The notes below the pieces were generated by a model. It saw nothing but the letters and a program-made list of their open reading frames with translations. It was not told the origin of the DNA and ran no database searches. Shown one piece after another: positions 1 through 12,945 of a stretch of 64,000 bases of DNA. Numbering within the stretch: position 1 is the first letter of the stretch; every line of letters begins with the position of its first letter. The translations under genes and the position numbers were made by a program. Source of the DNA: Bugula neritina (lineage: Eukaryota; Animalia; Bryozoa); the NCBI GenBank assembly GCA_964035545.1, contig OZ037768.1, positions 5,612,741-5,676,740 of the forward strand, written 5' to 3'.

Positions 1-3000
1 AGGGGTTGTGGTATCGTCCAACATTGCCACTGAGAAAGGCTTTTTACAGTTGTTACACTAAAATTTATAAGAATATTAATAAAAAGATTGTTATTTGAGC
101 CAAAATAATATTTATATTTTAATTACAAAGAGATTTGTCAGGTAAAAAAAATTAGCAGCCAAAATGATTTATTAAATTGCTTCTCTGCAGCTTTTTAGTT
201 ACAGGAAACCTATTTCACAAACCAACTGTTAAAATAAAATTATGTTCACTCACTGTCGATACTCGAAAACCAACTGATTTTTTGTTATCGGCAGCTGGGG
301 CTGGAATTTTATCACTTTCTGCAACATTCCACAGTCTTATAGTGCAATCTTTTGAAGCTGACATAACCCATTGGCCAGACTGACTGAAGGATACATCTGT
401 CACCCAGTCTTCATGACCCTACAGATATATTAGTATTCCAAGTACACTGCAGATAGTCAACATTTAGCAGTTACTAACATTAAACTAGTATATATTATCA
501 AGTGAAAAAAGCGCGATATGCTTGATGACATTTTTACGTTTCTTAATAATGCATAACAAATGTTTTACCCTTTCAAAACAGTTCAGCAGATTTAAATAAT
601 GTAATTTGACTTATATATTGAAAGGGTGAGTTGAAAGATTTTATTATTTAAAATTTTATGCTTTTATGTGAGTTTTCATGAAATAACTCTTGTCAATTTG
701 GAGTGCCTGTAGCTAGTTCTAACTTGAGGGCTTACAATTATGTAATTTACATACTCTATACCTGAAGCTTAAGTTTTAAGTTGTGCTCCGTTGCATCCCA
801 TATCAGGATATTTTTATCATAAGAAGCAGATGCCAAAAGGCTGCCTAAAAATGGTCAAAGATGAAAACATCAACGCAACTCTTTCAAAAGACATAAATAT
901 TGACTGAGTATCATTTCACATAATTACAATTAATTAAATTAAGCAGCATAATACAAAGTTTAAACTACATTTTTTAACTGGAAATGATAAGGAGACAAAT
1001 ATTGGACAAACCATCTTGATTAAAAGCCACAGCACTTATGCATCCTTCATGTAATTTTTCCAATCCCTTTGGCCCATGTGACCTATACATCCCGGTGGTA
1101 ATGTCCCATAGATAGATCATTTTATCCCAGCCACATGTAGCCACCAGCTGTCCATTTGTTGTAGTAGCCGCGTCTGCTATAACACTTTCGTGTGCATTTA
1201 ATGTAACTGTGTTAATGCCAGATTTCATGTCCCAAAATTTGCACGTTTTGTCCATTGATGTGCTGATGACTCGTACATCTTTAGCATCAAATGAACACTT
1301 TGTGATGGTGCTGGAGTGGAGATCTATGTAATACAAATAACAGAATATTTATTATATTTGAGTTATAAAAATAAAATATAAACTTGCCAGTCATGTGATA
1401 TAAAAGGAGGCACTTGAAAATTTATCATCTCATATTTATAAAATATGTTTATGAAAAAATAACTTGTAATCGATAAATTGATTATATCTCAATGTCACTC
1501 AGGTTATATAGCGAATTCTTACCAACTACTTGCTTTACTAATTTTCCAGTTAATGCATCCCATAGTTTGATAGAGTGGTCCAGGTCTGAGCATGATACAA
1601 CGAGTTTTCCATCTCTGGAGAAGTTACAATCGGTGACTATGCCTCTATGTTCACCTGTCCACTGCAACCATTTCAGAAGTTAGCTACAGACACGTGCTTA
1701 ATAAAACACATTATTCTTGTCTCTTGTCATACACACAGATTGCTTTCAAATCACATGGTATTACAGTAGAGTTGCAGTGTAAACATAATATATAAAATAA
1801 ATAATAATTCTAAGGATCTATTATAGAACAAGTTTGTCAGCTATGCACCTCCTGTGCAGGGCAGACATAGTACTACCATCATAATATTGTATCCACGCTT
1901 ACCAGAAATATTCCTGTCTCGGCGTCAGTAAGTCTAACTTTCTTGTCCCAAGCACTGGATATAATTCTGAAACAAAATTATTAATAAAATGATGCGAGTA
2001 TTAAATGAACAACAACTTAGATGTTCTTAGAAGTAGTTCCATATTATCACTGATCACAACTGTTAGCTGAAAGTAGCTAAGTTATAGTTTGACTAAATAA
2101 TCTGAATATAATAATAGAATATAACTTGCCTATTTCCATCGTAGCTAATGTCACACTTGGTTATATAAGCACCTGGAGCATGTAGATTTTCGTATTTGAC
2201 TAGCTCTTTGCCACCGTCACACTTCCATATCCGTACTGTTCCATCATTTGATGATGTGATCACTTTGGAGTCATCGAAGCAAAACGTAGCAGAATTAATG
2301 CAGTCTGTATGGCCTCGGATAATAGTTATTTTTATCTACAAAATGCCAGCAGTTAAAAAAATTTGAGAAAAGCATTTGTACCTTGTTGACCCTCAATTGT
2401 TGAGGAAAATACTTACAGCTAATTTCAAGAAATTATTTTGCAGAAAATATATGTTTAGGTTTACATTATATACTTTAAATTCCTACAATCCCTAAAGATA
2501 CTGAAAAGAAAATTGCAACGAAAAAACGATTTCTCTCATAGAAAACAATGAAGCAAGGGGTGGGGGGTACAATAGATATTGGTCTGGATAGTGTGATGTA
2601 TTTTATTAAACCATTAGTAATTTTAAAAATGGTGCCAGTTAATACTGTGTGCTGTACATGTTGAAGCCCTTGAGTTATATTGTGTGAATGCATTGAAACA
2701 ACAAACTCCAAAGCTCTAACTTCTTAGAATCACGGTTTTAGAGAGATTGTAACTCCAAACAAATACAGATTTCGTATAGCAGACAATAAAGAAGAACATA
2801 TAAACATATGAATTTTAAAACTGGGCATTCACAATCATTATGGTTATTAGTTGAGAAAAATAATATTCAAACCATTGCAAATAGTGCCTAAAAATGTATT
2901 GCAGTTAAAATGCATAATATTATAGTGTACCTACGAATAAATTTTTTTACTATATATTAGAGTTTGAACCTCAATATACAAAGTCTAGCTATTCAATGTA

Positions 3001-3229
3001 TTATTATAGCTTGTAATAACACAAGTCCTTATATCCCATATTGTATCACATATAAACACAGCAAGTTATGCATGTATATGGGGTCTAAACAAACTACATT
3101 AAAACAAAATTATACTACAGTGTATACCAATTTAAGCCCATCTCCTTCCGAGTTGATTGGTTGTTCTTCATACTGAGGAGGTACGTACACCTCATCGTAC
3201 ACAATCTCATCTTCAAACATAGCAGTCAT
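1..3229 (-). CDS. WDR88: WD40-repeat protein 88 (WDR88-like); 3' end runs off the window
   Basis: Exons 3229-3128 (MTAMFEDEIVYDEV...), 2335-2130, 1966-1903, 1661-1523, 1323-1012, 844-762, 418-254 and 57-1 join in frame. Several GH...WD/WN repeats (GHTDCINS...TVRIW, HESVIAD...IYLWD, GHEDWVTDVSF...IRLWN). The C-terminal CNNCKKPFS resembles the CxxCxxPFS tail of WDR88 as I recall it. Confidence 0.85.
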
Positions 3230-3401
3230 TGTGAAATATCTCAATCAAATTATACCTCACCTGTCCACTGCATGCAACCCTTCTAAATGTCCAGCCTGCA
3301 TGTGCTTTGAGATACAAAGTTGCTGCATAGTGATTAAAAGCCAATAGAAATCTTTATTGTAGCATGACTAAAATCAGCGTAGCTTCAATTAGATTGATAT
3401 A

Positions 3402-3414
3402 GTCTCCAAGAGAC
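3402..3414. promoter_or_regulatory. Candidate RFX X-box-like palindrome upstream of WDR88
   Basis: GTCTC-CAA-GAGAC, about 170 bp upstream of the WDR88 ATG. Spacing resembles the 13-bp GTTGCYNGGCAAC form of the X-box. Confidence 0.3.
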
Positions 3415-5732
3415 CATTGATCAAAGTCTTTAGAAACTGCTTTGCTTAAGCAGAATTCAATTCAAATCCAAAACAATCAAATCTTTTCATGTTCAATAAA
3501 ACCTATTTTAAAGTATAAGTGGTAGTAACTATTGCCTATCATTTTACACATATGCTAGCAGCTAGGAGCTTGTGCAAGATTGTGAGCAGATTTTAAAGGC
3601 AGACTAACTTTTGCTAATCGATTTTTCCGATCTTCTTCAGATATGTGGTCTATTGTATGCGGGTCATATTCAGGTGAACTGATACGGTTGTTAGCTTCAT
3701 ATTCTGATAATGGTGTAGAGTAGTAAGTGGTCATTATAACTCCAACTTATGTATCTTCTAAAAGAAAATCAGCAAAGAGCATAACTATGTAAAATCTTAT
3801 TTGTTCATTGTGCACAGATGTAAGTTATATTTCTTAGTAAGCAAGCCATGGAGGTTGTTAGAGATTATTTTTTAATGCACGTTTTACTTTAGATATTATT
3901 AGACAATATCTAGAAGAATTTTACTATGTAAAATCTGATATTAGCTGCAACCAGTAAATATCTCAACGTTAAAAGTACAGAATAAAAAGGTGTCAACGCT
4001 ATATCAAAAAATTTGCCAATTGTAAAAATAGTAACTGATATGGTAGTTAATTATTTGGCAATAGTTTGAAGCATTTATGCATATTATGAACTAGTGTTAA
4101 CAATTTCATTTTTATGTCAAAAATTATACAATAAAACACATAGTAAACAAATTATATCAAGCAATTAAATATCCACAAAATGATATAGTTATATCAAAAT
4201 GTTTTGTGCTTAAGAACCTATTGAAATTTGGAATTAGTTGAGCAATTATTTTTGAAGATATGAGCAATTAAATCGAAAATCATATCCCTCCTGGATATTG
4301 ATATTATGCTATATATTACTAAGTATCTTATTATGTTATAAAAAATACTTTATGTAAAATAATCAGGTCATGTATTGAAATGAGAGCTAAAATTTTAATA
4401 TTGTTCATTATTAAATTTAAAGTTTATCAATTTATGTTGCCAAGTTTTTGTTAATAATACAATAAGTCTATTTACTAAATCATATAACATTGTATATCTT
4501 TACTCTACAAACTGCGAGCTACCTGTAAATTTTATGTTGAAAACAGTAGTTAGTTGACTATTTTAAACAGAGGACTAGAAGTTTTTAGCTAGTTTTTCTT
4601 TTTTTAAAACAAGGAAAAATACTGTAAAGAAAAGCATAGAACCACTGATTTAAAGAACAATTTCTCATAATTTTGATGTTTTTTTAATTTTGTATCATTA
4701 GAAATAAATAAAATAACTTTTATAACCAATTGATTAATATCAGATTAAAATTAAAACAGCGATGGGTGAAACTGAAACTGAATTATCAGACAACAAATTT
4801 ATTTGAAAATTGATTTGTTTAACCATCTTCAGTTTCAAACCATAAGTGATTATAACAAATAAAGTACAGTAAACATTTATGTAGACACAGTATCATTAGT
4901 TAGTGAAAAATAATTTAAAATTGGGAGGTGAGTTAAACTAGCACTCACAGTGAGTGTGACTGTGTGTGAAACTTCTGGCTGGTGCCAGAGCCACTGTGAC
5001 TGTCATATTGCACTATTCAAGCGTAGCATATGAAATTAAAACATACATGCTTTAGAAGTACATTAATCTTAGAGACACTGCTATTCAATAGTTAGTCATC
5101 AATGCCCATTGTCAAACAAAAGGTCTAATTCCGGTGAATGAATAAAATTACTTAGCCACCATTATTACTGTATAAAGACTAGGGTCGTCAACGTAAAAGG
5201 ATGCTACAATTTACGGCATTCACTAATAAGAACAGACAACTCTTGCATAGCAGCTGCAAAGGATCACGAAATCTCAAGTGGTCACGTACTTGTGCTTTCT
5301 TTGATGACAAAATCAGTACATAGCAACTAGCAAGGCTGCTTACACCAGTTTTATTGAAATGAATGCAAGTTCATGTAAAAAGAAACGTATGTGTTTTGGT
5401 CACAGTTGGAAAGTACTGAAGTTGACACCCAATAACTTTTGACCAGACAACCTACATTAGACAAGACAAATATTTACAGTTGTGGTAAAAATGTGCATTG
5501 GAATATTTTATTTTATAAATGTTGCACAATATAACAACTAAAATATATATTGTACTGGAACAACTGACAACATTGATGCAGATTAGACATTAAATACAAG
5601 AAGACCCATACGTACATACAGTGAAATTTTTACAATGGTAATTGCATAATATCTAAATACTCCAAAAATGATACAATTTACAGAAACAGATGAGGAAATA
5701 TACAGTTGTAGCTAGAAAAATTACTGAAAGAA

Positions 5733-8700
5733 TCAATTTTTAAACCCAAGGTGTTTTTCAATTTCATCTTTTCTTTCATTGACTTTATTATAGAAATATC
5801 TGGAAACACCTTCTTGTATATTGGCATTGTAATAGAACTCTGCCCTCCTTTCTTCCTCTGGTTGACCCACCACATCTGTCATGGTCTACCAAACACATAC
5901 ACATAAATTGATGAGGTAACTACTAGTACTGGCTGAAAGAGATGACACATCAACACACATAAAACACATTCTGTTCATTAAATACAAATGCATATGTTTG
6001 ATCAGAATGTCTCAAAATCTGTTGCAGCATCACAGGGTGTTAATTTCTTTAACTTTTGAAGGCAAACAATTTTCCATACTTCAAAAGAAAACCCCAGATA
6101 GAAATTTAAATCCAAATTCATAAAATGCGTAATACAAGAAGGCTGTTTCTACGCACACACCCAGACAGAGCATACTGATGGTAGCAAAACATACAAACTA
6201 CAAAGTGTCAACTGAGATGCGTAAATAAAACTCTATGTATGCATTTAGTAATGGCTGCTCCTGTGATGTGAGTTTAGAATAAACAGGCTTGCGGTACCTT
6301 CAAGTCTCTGCTTTGAGAGATGAGCCAATTGGTGATAAACTCCTGGGGGTTCTCGGAAAAGCTGAGGTAAAACTCTCTCGATGTTTTCAAAGAGTTTATC
6401 TGCTCCACGGTGTCGTAGATCTTGGCTTCGTTGGCAGCTATTTCCTGCAGTAGAGAACACAGAGAATGAGAGTAAGATTAAACAGGGAGAATACGCAAGT
6501 GCCTATTTCCTATTTATAAATACTCTCTTGAACAAGAGTACACTTAATATGCTATCTCCTAAAGTAACATTTTAGTACATAGCAGGCTATTGTTTGTTTG
6601 CTTTAGTTAGTCTAGTGTGAAAAGATAAATATGATTGAAGGAAAAATTGCTATGGCCTTATTTGCAAAATCAATCCTAAAATACATGCAACATGTAAAGG
6701 ATTTTAACAAACTACATATTACAAAGTGGTATATACATTTTTTCTTTACGTTTTATGGTGATTTCTGAATTCAATTTCAAAGACAATTGCTTTAATAGTT
6801 ACAAAATAAATGTTGTATAAACTGGACATAACAATTACACTGCAAAGCAGCAAACCATGTATTGATGATAGCACTTAGTTGCAAGTGTTATAATACAAGC
6901 AGTAACACACCTGCTGACTTTTTGACGGCATCATAAATGCATTCATCTGCGCCTTATTCGGATCATCAATTTCAATTTCAACATCATAAGCAGCAGCTTT
7001 TTTGGCAGCATCTGGACCTTCCACACTGAGAAAATATCATAAAAGCATGTATCGAGATATCATGTGACTTTGTAGCCTATAGAAGGCAAAAGCATGTTTA
7101 TACTCTACAAGCATGTACATTATATACTATACAAGCATGTATACACTCTACAAGCATGTATATTATATACTATACAAGCATGTATACACTCTACAAGCAT
7201 GTATATTATATACTATACAAGCATGTACACACTATTACAAGCATATATACACTATTACAAGCATGTACATTATATACTATACAAGCATGTATACACTATT
7301 ACAAGCATGTATATACTCTACAAGCATGTACATTATATACTATACAAGCATGTATACACTCTACAAGCATGTATATTATATACTATACAAGCATGTATAC
7401 ACTCTACAAGCATGTACATTATATACTATACAAGCATATATACACTATTACAAGCATGTACATTATATACTATACAAGCATGTATACACTATTACAAGCA
7501 TGTATACACTAAACATATACTGTGTATACAGTAGACACAGTACAATTTTTTTCCAAACGCAATGAAATCCTGTCCAACTACATCCTACACAAATACTTTA
7601 CAATACAGTAACCATATATCACTTGTAGTTGCACAGCCCAATAGCTGTGCATTCTCTTTGGTTACCACACTTTATACTTTGACAACTATCATGTAATCAC
7701 TGCATACTTACACCATGTATGATGTTCACCCAGTAAAACTAAACCCCACTTTGTACTAGTTTACAATACTTCATCACATGACTTAAAATTTACAAACCAA
7801 CCAATTTCAGAGCTTGATTATGTCTATATCTACATGCACGCTCTATACTTACACTATAGTATGGTTGATTACAATCGGATCTGGAGCCATCAGTAGACTA
7901 TGTAGGCGGGCAGGCAACTCCGCAAATTTTAATCTCGGCATGTCAAATATCTACAAGGAACATGGAGGAATACTTTTAAACGTCCTATACAATCATATAG
8001 TGAACATCAATATGGTTCAATACTGTTGCTCAAAGTGAGGCTGTGTGAGTCAGGAGCAGTAAATACACAATATAATACAATCAGTTGCAGAGAATGTTTA
8101 AATTTACTGTCATGAGAAGAACCCGAAATACGCCTATAATATGGGTTTGTTCAATTTCTGTATTCTGTAAACTATATGCTAGAAACAAATTACAATGTAT
8201 TCAGAATATTTGTAAAATGAAATGGCTATCTGGAAAAAGACAATGCAGAGTGTTTCAGACGTCAATTAATAACTAGTGTTCCATAACACTGACCTGTGCA
8301 AGAAACTTATCACAATTAACAAATTCTCTTTCATTCGGATCCTGCAGCTTGTGCTGTTTAATGTATTGCCAAAGTGCATTTATTATTTGAGGCCGGGACT
8401 CCGTGTGAATGCCCAGTAACCTGGCTAGCCTGTGGTCTAGCTTATACTTGAGAGGATTATAGTCTAGCATGAGAAGTACTGTACACTTGACGTTCTGATC
8501 ACCAGCTCTCTTTACTTGGAAGCCATCAGTTTCATTAGTCTTGGCAGTTCTGTGCCACTGAAATAATACAACACACTACTTTTGTCACTAGCTAGTCAAT
8601 CAACCAGCGAAGCTTTGCTTCAACACTAACAAAAGAAAACACTTGTTCAGCGAAATGAGTATAAAACATTTCTGTGCAACATGCAGGACATTGCATTTCC

Positions 8701-11451
8701 AATAGACTTCCAATTAGTGTATATTGATAAAAATATGTAATATCTCAGTCGGCAAAGTTGCTATAATCTATTATTCAAACAACCAAACATTATTATAACT
8801 TGTATAAGCTAAGCACTCTTTATTCAATAACAAAATTTATCGTAAATTATTTTCAGGCTTTGTTTGTTCACCATTTCAACTTTAAGAAGCCTAGCACAAC
8901 CAATGAAAAATGAGGATGACTCCTCCCAGAGTCTGAGTTCTCTTAGCATTGCCATACAACAGATAACTGTAGGGACTGGCTACTTTAGATGTAGAACCAT
9001 GAGGGCGTTGTCTCACCTCAACTAAGTGGTTGTCCGGACCATACAACTCCTTGTCCAGTTCTATCACCAAACTCTTGAAAAATGTTGAGAATTTCTGTTT
9101 TGGCTTTGAGCCTTCTGCATTCTGAAGAGAAATATAACATCGAATGGAAATACTACAAGCAAACTATTTTAGTAAAACCAGAAATTCAAGTCTCACTGCA
9201 AAATGATACAAAATTTAAATCTAAAAAAGATACTGTCCAGGTGATATAATAGCCTACAGTTAAATAGAATATATACTCCCTGGGAAATATACAACACTTT
9301 GTAGCTTACCTCAGCATGCAAATTCAATAGGTGTCAATAAATAAACTGAACTACAAACAGATTAAAAGTGCTCACCTCATCTAGAAGCCTGCCTTCTACA
9401 CGTAACTCCCACCATGGCCCAGTCTCCTCTCCACCATCTGCATCCTGTCTCCCCGGGTTGAATGTGTTGGATATGAATATTCTCAACTTCCTCTTTTGCT
9501 ATATGTAGTGATTTATAAACTGGTTCTATTAACAAGGATTAAGTGTAACAGGCAACCAGTGGTGACTAGAAATTACACCAACTCAAATTAAATTTCACTC
9601 TTTCAGCATTACAGAGTAAAACATGTGCAAAATTTAGTAGTACAGACTTTATGGTACATTTTTATAAATATAACGAATAGACAACTACAGACAATCTATA
9701 ATCTATATGTAATTCCCATATGATACGATAAATAGTGATAAAGATAAGTTGGTTAGAACACCCACTTTCATTGGACGTTTAAGAGCTTCTTGAATATCAA
9801 GTTTCTTCCTCTGAATAGTAGCATCCAGCTTCCTCTCGAACGCCAGCAAGTCCATATATGCCTGTGACTCCGGCACCAGCTGCCTTATTTTCTGAGACAA
9901 GATCTTGTCAGCGATTTTCGGTTTCTTTTTGCTACATTTACAAATAATTAAGAAACAATAAAGTGCACCTCGTTAATAATGAAGTCGGAGATTTAGGTGA
10001 AACAACTGTGCTTCAATATAATAGAAAATGTTTGCTAATTCCATACTTTCTATTGGCTTGTTGCATGTTTTTATCCATGTGAGGTCTTTTCTTACTTTCT
10101 AGAGCATGTTGCAGAGCTGTGGGAATGGCAGATCGGCCACCTACAGTGAGAAAATCATTCATCAGACTAGAATGTAAAACAAGTCATATATATGCATAAA
10201 CTGAGCCATGAAATATTCAGCTGGTGTGTCGACAGATTTTACTAAAATCTACAATAATTGCCTGCCTGGCACCGACTAGATATATAAACTGATATGATAA
10301 TACTTGTTTGACAGGGAGATGACAAAATACAGCTGGCATGTTGTTTTTCAAATTGAAATTGAATAAAAACCTTTACAATTAAATAAATAGTTTACAGTAA
10401 CAGCATTCCCTACCTGTTAGCACCTGTCTCTTGTGCTATCTCAAAGGTGATTTTTAGTAACATGGGTATTAAATACACACATGCATGCAAAGCAGTATAT
10501 GTAACACATTTGACGCATATAGCATATATGTACACAAGGAGAAATGATGAGATAAAATAAAGGTTAAAAAACATTTAGGTTGCCGGTTCATAAATATAGG
10601 TAGATTCACAATTGCTACATGCAAACTGTACATTACTACAACAACGCATTATAGGACAACTTATTGAAAAAGACCAAAGGTAGTACTTTGTAGAACATGC
10701 TGAGAAAATGGCAGCTAAAAAAACCTAAACGTTACTTACTACCAAAACTCTCTTTAGATGACTCTTTGTCTTTGTCCTTTTTACCTAAGATTAATTCTCA
10801 CTTTGAAAAACATTGACTGTGAGTTCAGTTTATTTCGCTTTCATATCGCACCACTAATATTAAGTTAGTAATGTCGTTTCAAATTAGAAATTACTTTAAG
10901 TGATCAATTTTTCAATCACTACAAAGCTCACGACATGCAAGGACATACCTTTCCCTTTTTCGGATTTCTCTTTAGTTTTGCTGACTGTAACCCGAAGAAA
11001 ACAAAGTAAAATAGATGAAAAATGTTACAGATATGGCCAACCCTTTTCAAGTATGTAGACTAAGCTATTTGAGGAGCAATACTGGCACTAGACCCAAACC
11101 TCACAAATATAAAAGATCTTACCATGGGGGTTGTGAGGATACTGACCACCAGGAAATCTAGGAGGCTGACCTGGCATGGGTCCACCAGTCATATGGGGAG
11201 CCGGACTGAAGTTAGGTCGTTGCTGAGGTGGCCCTGGCATAGAGCCCTACAGATGATTAATTGAAACTGTTTTGGGCACATAGTTTAATGATAAACAAGT
11301 ACTATAGAAACTTTATGCTTTTTAAATGCTAAAACTGTTGAAAATGTGTTTAAACTTATTGTTTTTTAATTTTACTAACCATGTAATTTTGCTGTCCATG
11401 TCCGGCATATGGACGTTGCATAGGATTAGGAAATCTGGACGCTTGTGACAT
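5733..11451 (-). CDS. SMARCD1: SWI/SNF complex subunit SMARCD (BAF60), SWIB domain; ~486 aa (513 aa with two extra short exons)
   Basis: Exons 11451-11380, 11246-11123, 10140-10047, 9931-9766, 9498-9376, 9121-9017, 8557-8294, 7950-7853, 7025-6911, 6444-6298 and 5885-5733 are all GT-AG and in frame. Diagnostic motifs: [57 protein letters not shown]...ALWQYIK..KLQDP.ERE, SQSRDLKTMTD...[10 protein letters not shown]. Co-orthologue of vertebrate SMARCD1/2/3. Confidence 0.96.
7089..7512. repeat. Compound minisatellite (about 20 CAAGCAT-anchored units of 19, 20 and 24 bp) in a SMARCD intron
   Basis: Units caagcatgtacattatatactata (24), caagcatgtatacactcta (19) and caagcatgtatacactatta (20), interleaved. 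Source of the spurious ORFs at 7094-7565. Confidence 0.95.
10740..10784 (-). CDS. Putative 45-nt cassette exon of SMARCD ([15 protein letters not shown])
   Basis: tcttag|GTAAAAAGGAC...TTTGGTA|gtaagt. Phase 1-1, length divisible by 3, no stop, inside the phase-1 intron 10141-11122. Confidence 0.65.
10949..10984 (-). CDS. Putative 36-nt cassette exon of SMARCD ([12 protein letters not shown])
   Basis: Pyrimidine-rich acceptor ...ttttcttcgggttacag|TCAGCAAAACT...GGGAAAG|gtatgt. Phase 1-1, in frame, no stop. Confidence 0.7.
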
Positions 11452-11899
11452 GTTGATAACTTGATGTTGAACTTGATTTTGATCAAGCAGTAGTACTCAT
11501 CAACTTCAAGTTAAACTTGATATCGGGCTTGACTAATGTGGAGAATAAAAGCCTTCTAGAAATGATAATATTAAATATTAAAAAACGAAAGTCAAAGTTT
11601 CAAGTTGTGACTCAAGTTTAAGCTTAGTTTTTACTAAGAGTAAGTCTAATTCTTATTCTAACCATCACAATCATAATGACTATCAGTATAAGTATGACAA
11701 TCACAATGAGTGATTCAAAATCTATGACAATCACAATCAGTATCAACTATCATGTCTCACTCAGTCTCAGTAAGTGAGTATGAGTATGAGTATCACAATG
11801 ACAAATTGAAATTGTCAATCACTGAGAGTGCATGAATGTTGCTGAAACAAAAACGGGTAAATTTTCTGTTTAGCTATAGCTACAGTTTAATTTGCTTTA

Positions 11900-12240
11900 C
11901 ACCAGCAGTGATAACTACCTGCCTGTAAGTATTCACTATAAGTATAACACTTTGACTTTGAGTTTGACTGGGTAAACTTTTCAACGAACCTCGGTGGACT
12001 ACTAGCTGAGTAAAACCTTTTAGCGAGCCTTTGAAATAAAGTATTTTCCGCCGTAAACAAGTGCAGTTTCAACGGCGTTTCCCAGTCTCAGGCTGTGCAT
12101 GAATGCGTACCTAAATGCACGGCTGATCCCTGTTGGCTGTGAGGGCGAAGGCTAGTCTATTATTAATCTTTTTCCTCATACTGACAACAGAGTTGAAAAA
12201 TGTCTCCCACACCCTCAATAAAGCTTTGTAAGTGCCTTCA
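11900..12240. promoter_or_regulatory. Probable bidirectional promoter core between SMARCD and MAP3K14
   Basis: The genes are head-to-head (ATGs at 11451 minus and 13782 plus). Locally CpG-richer core (ttccgccgtaaac, aacggcgtttccc, gggcgaagg). Candidate first-intron donors point outward: cag|gtagtt near 11918 on minus and ttt|gtaagt near 12228 on plus. Confidence 0.55.
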
Positions 12241-12844
12241 ACAATAACTATGGCTGTTACTGGACACAAACTGAAACTTATGAAAATCATAATGATTAAC
12301 AATTACTGAATTAGTGTTATTGTTAGTCATAGTGATACTGAAAGTGAAAGTGTGTTACTGTTTACTCATTACATTTACTGTGTTTAGAATTAGTTACACT
12401 TACTCTTAGTCTTAGTCTTAGAGTTAGTTGACTTACGGAATCTGATCTCTGATGGTGTTACTGTTATGATTATAAATAATAAATATAATCATGATCATAA
12501 TAATTTATATTCATATTATATTTATTGGGCAGTCCAGTGTGATGATCACTTGGACTTGGAATATTTAATATCAATGGAAATACCGAATATGCTCAAAATT
12601 AAATTGAAATTATTACTATTAGTTACCTAGCGTTAGTAAATAAGTATAGCATTAACTATAAGCCATAAACTCATAAAGTAATCGTGTTTAATTTTATAAC
12701 CATAAACTTACAGATTAACTATGGTTATCATTATTAATATTTATATTATAATTTCACTCTGGCTATTTAAAGTTTAAAAATAAGCAATGGAAATATTAAT
12801 AGATATACTCATAATATTAAGCACAGTATAAGTATTACCATTTG

Positions 12845-12945
12845 CGGTGGGTTTGAACCCTAATAAAGTCCATTGGTGATGTTAGGAAGATCATCCAGTC
12901 ATATTTGCTCCTGTGCCCCATCTTAGCCAGACCTTAGCCCTATTT
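12845..12945 (+). mobile_element. Degenerate tRNA-derived SINE fragment
   Basis: B-box-like GGGTTTGAACCC followed by cattggtgatgttaggaagatcatccagtcata...tgctcctgtgc. This resembles the GGTGTCAGGAAGGGCATCCGGCC body I recall from invertebrate SINEs. No clear A box. Confidence 0.4.

Noticed and set aside
3594-3830. TTAAAGGCAGACT start resembling a TTAA-targeting DNA transposon end
   Set aside because: I could not find a matching opposite terminus in the window.
4942-4956. CACTCAC-A-GTGAGTG palindrome downstream of SMARCD
   Set aside because: Short and isolated, with no extended stem typical of a miRNA or SECIS element.
6245-6460. 71-aa minus-strand ORF, or an alternative SMARCD C-terminus via the weak gtaccg donor
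   Set aside because: The ORF is the wrong frame of SMARCD exon 10. A conserved terminal exon (5885-5733) exists and nothing supports read-through.
7089-7565. CRISPR-like look and 118-150 aa ORFs
   Set aside because: Units are adjacent with no unique spacers, there are no cas genes, and the array is in a eukaryotic intron. The ORFs are repeat translations.
10413-10436. Possible third SMARCD micro-exon (12 or 22 nt)
   Set aside because: The acceptor lacks a pyrimidine tract, and the version with the better donor is not a multiple of 3.
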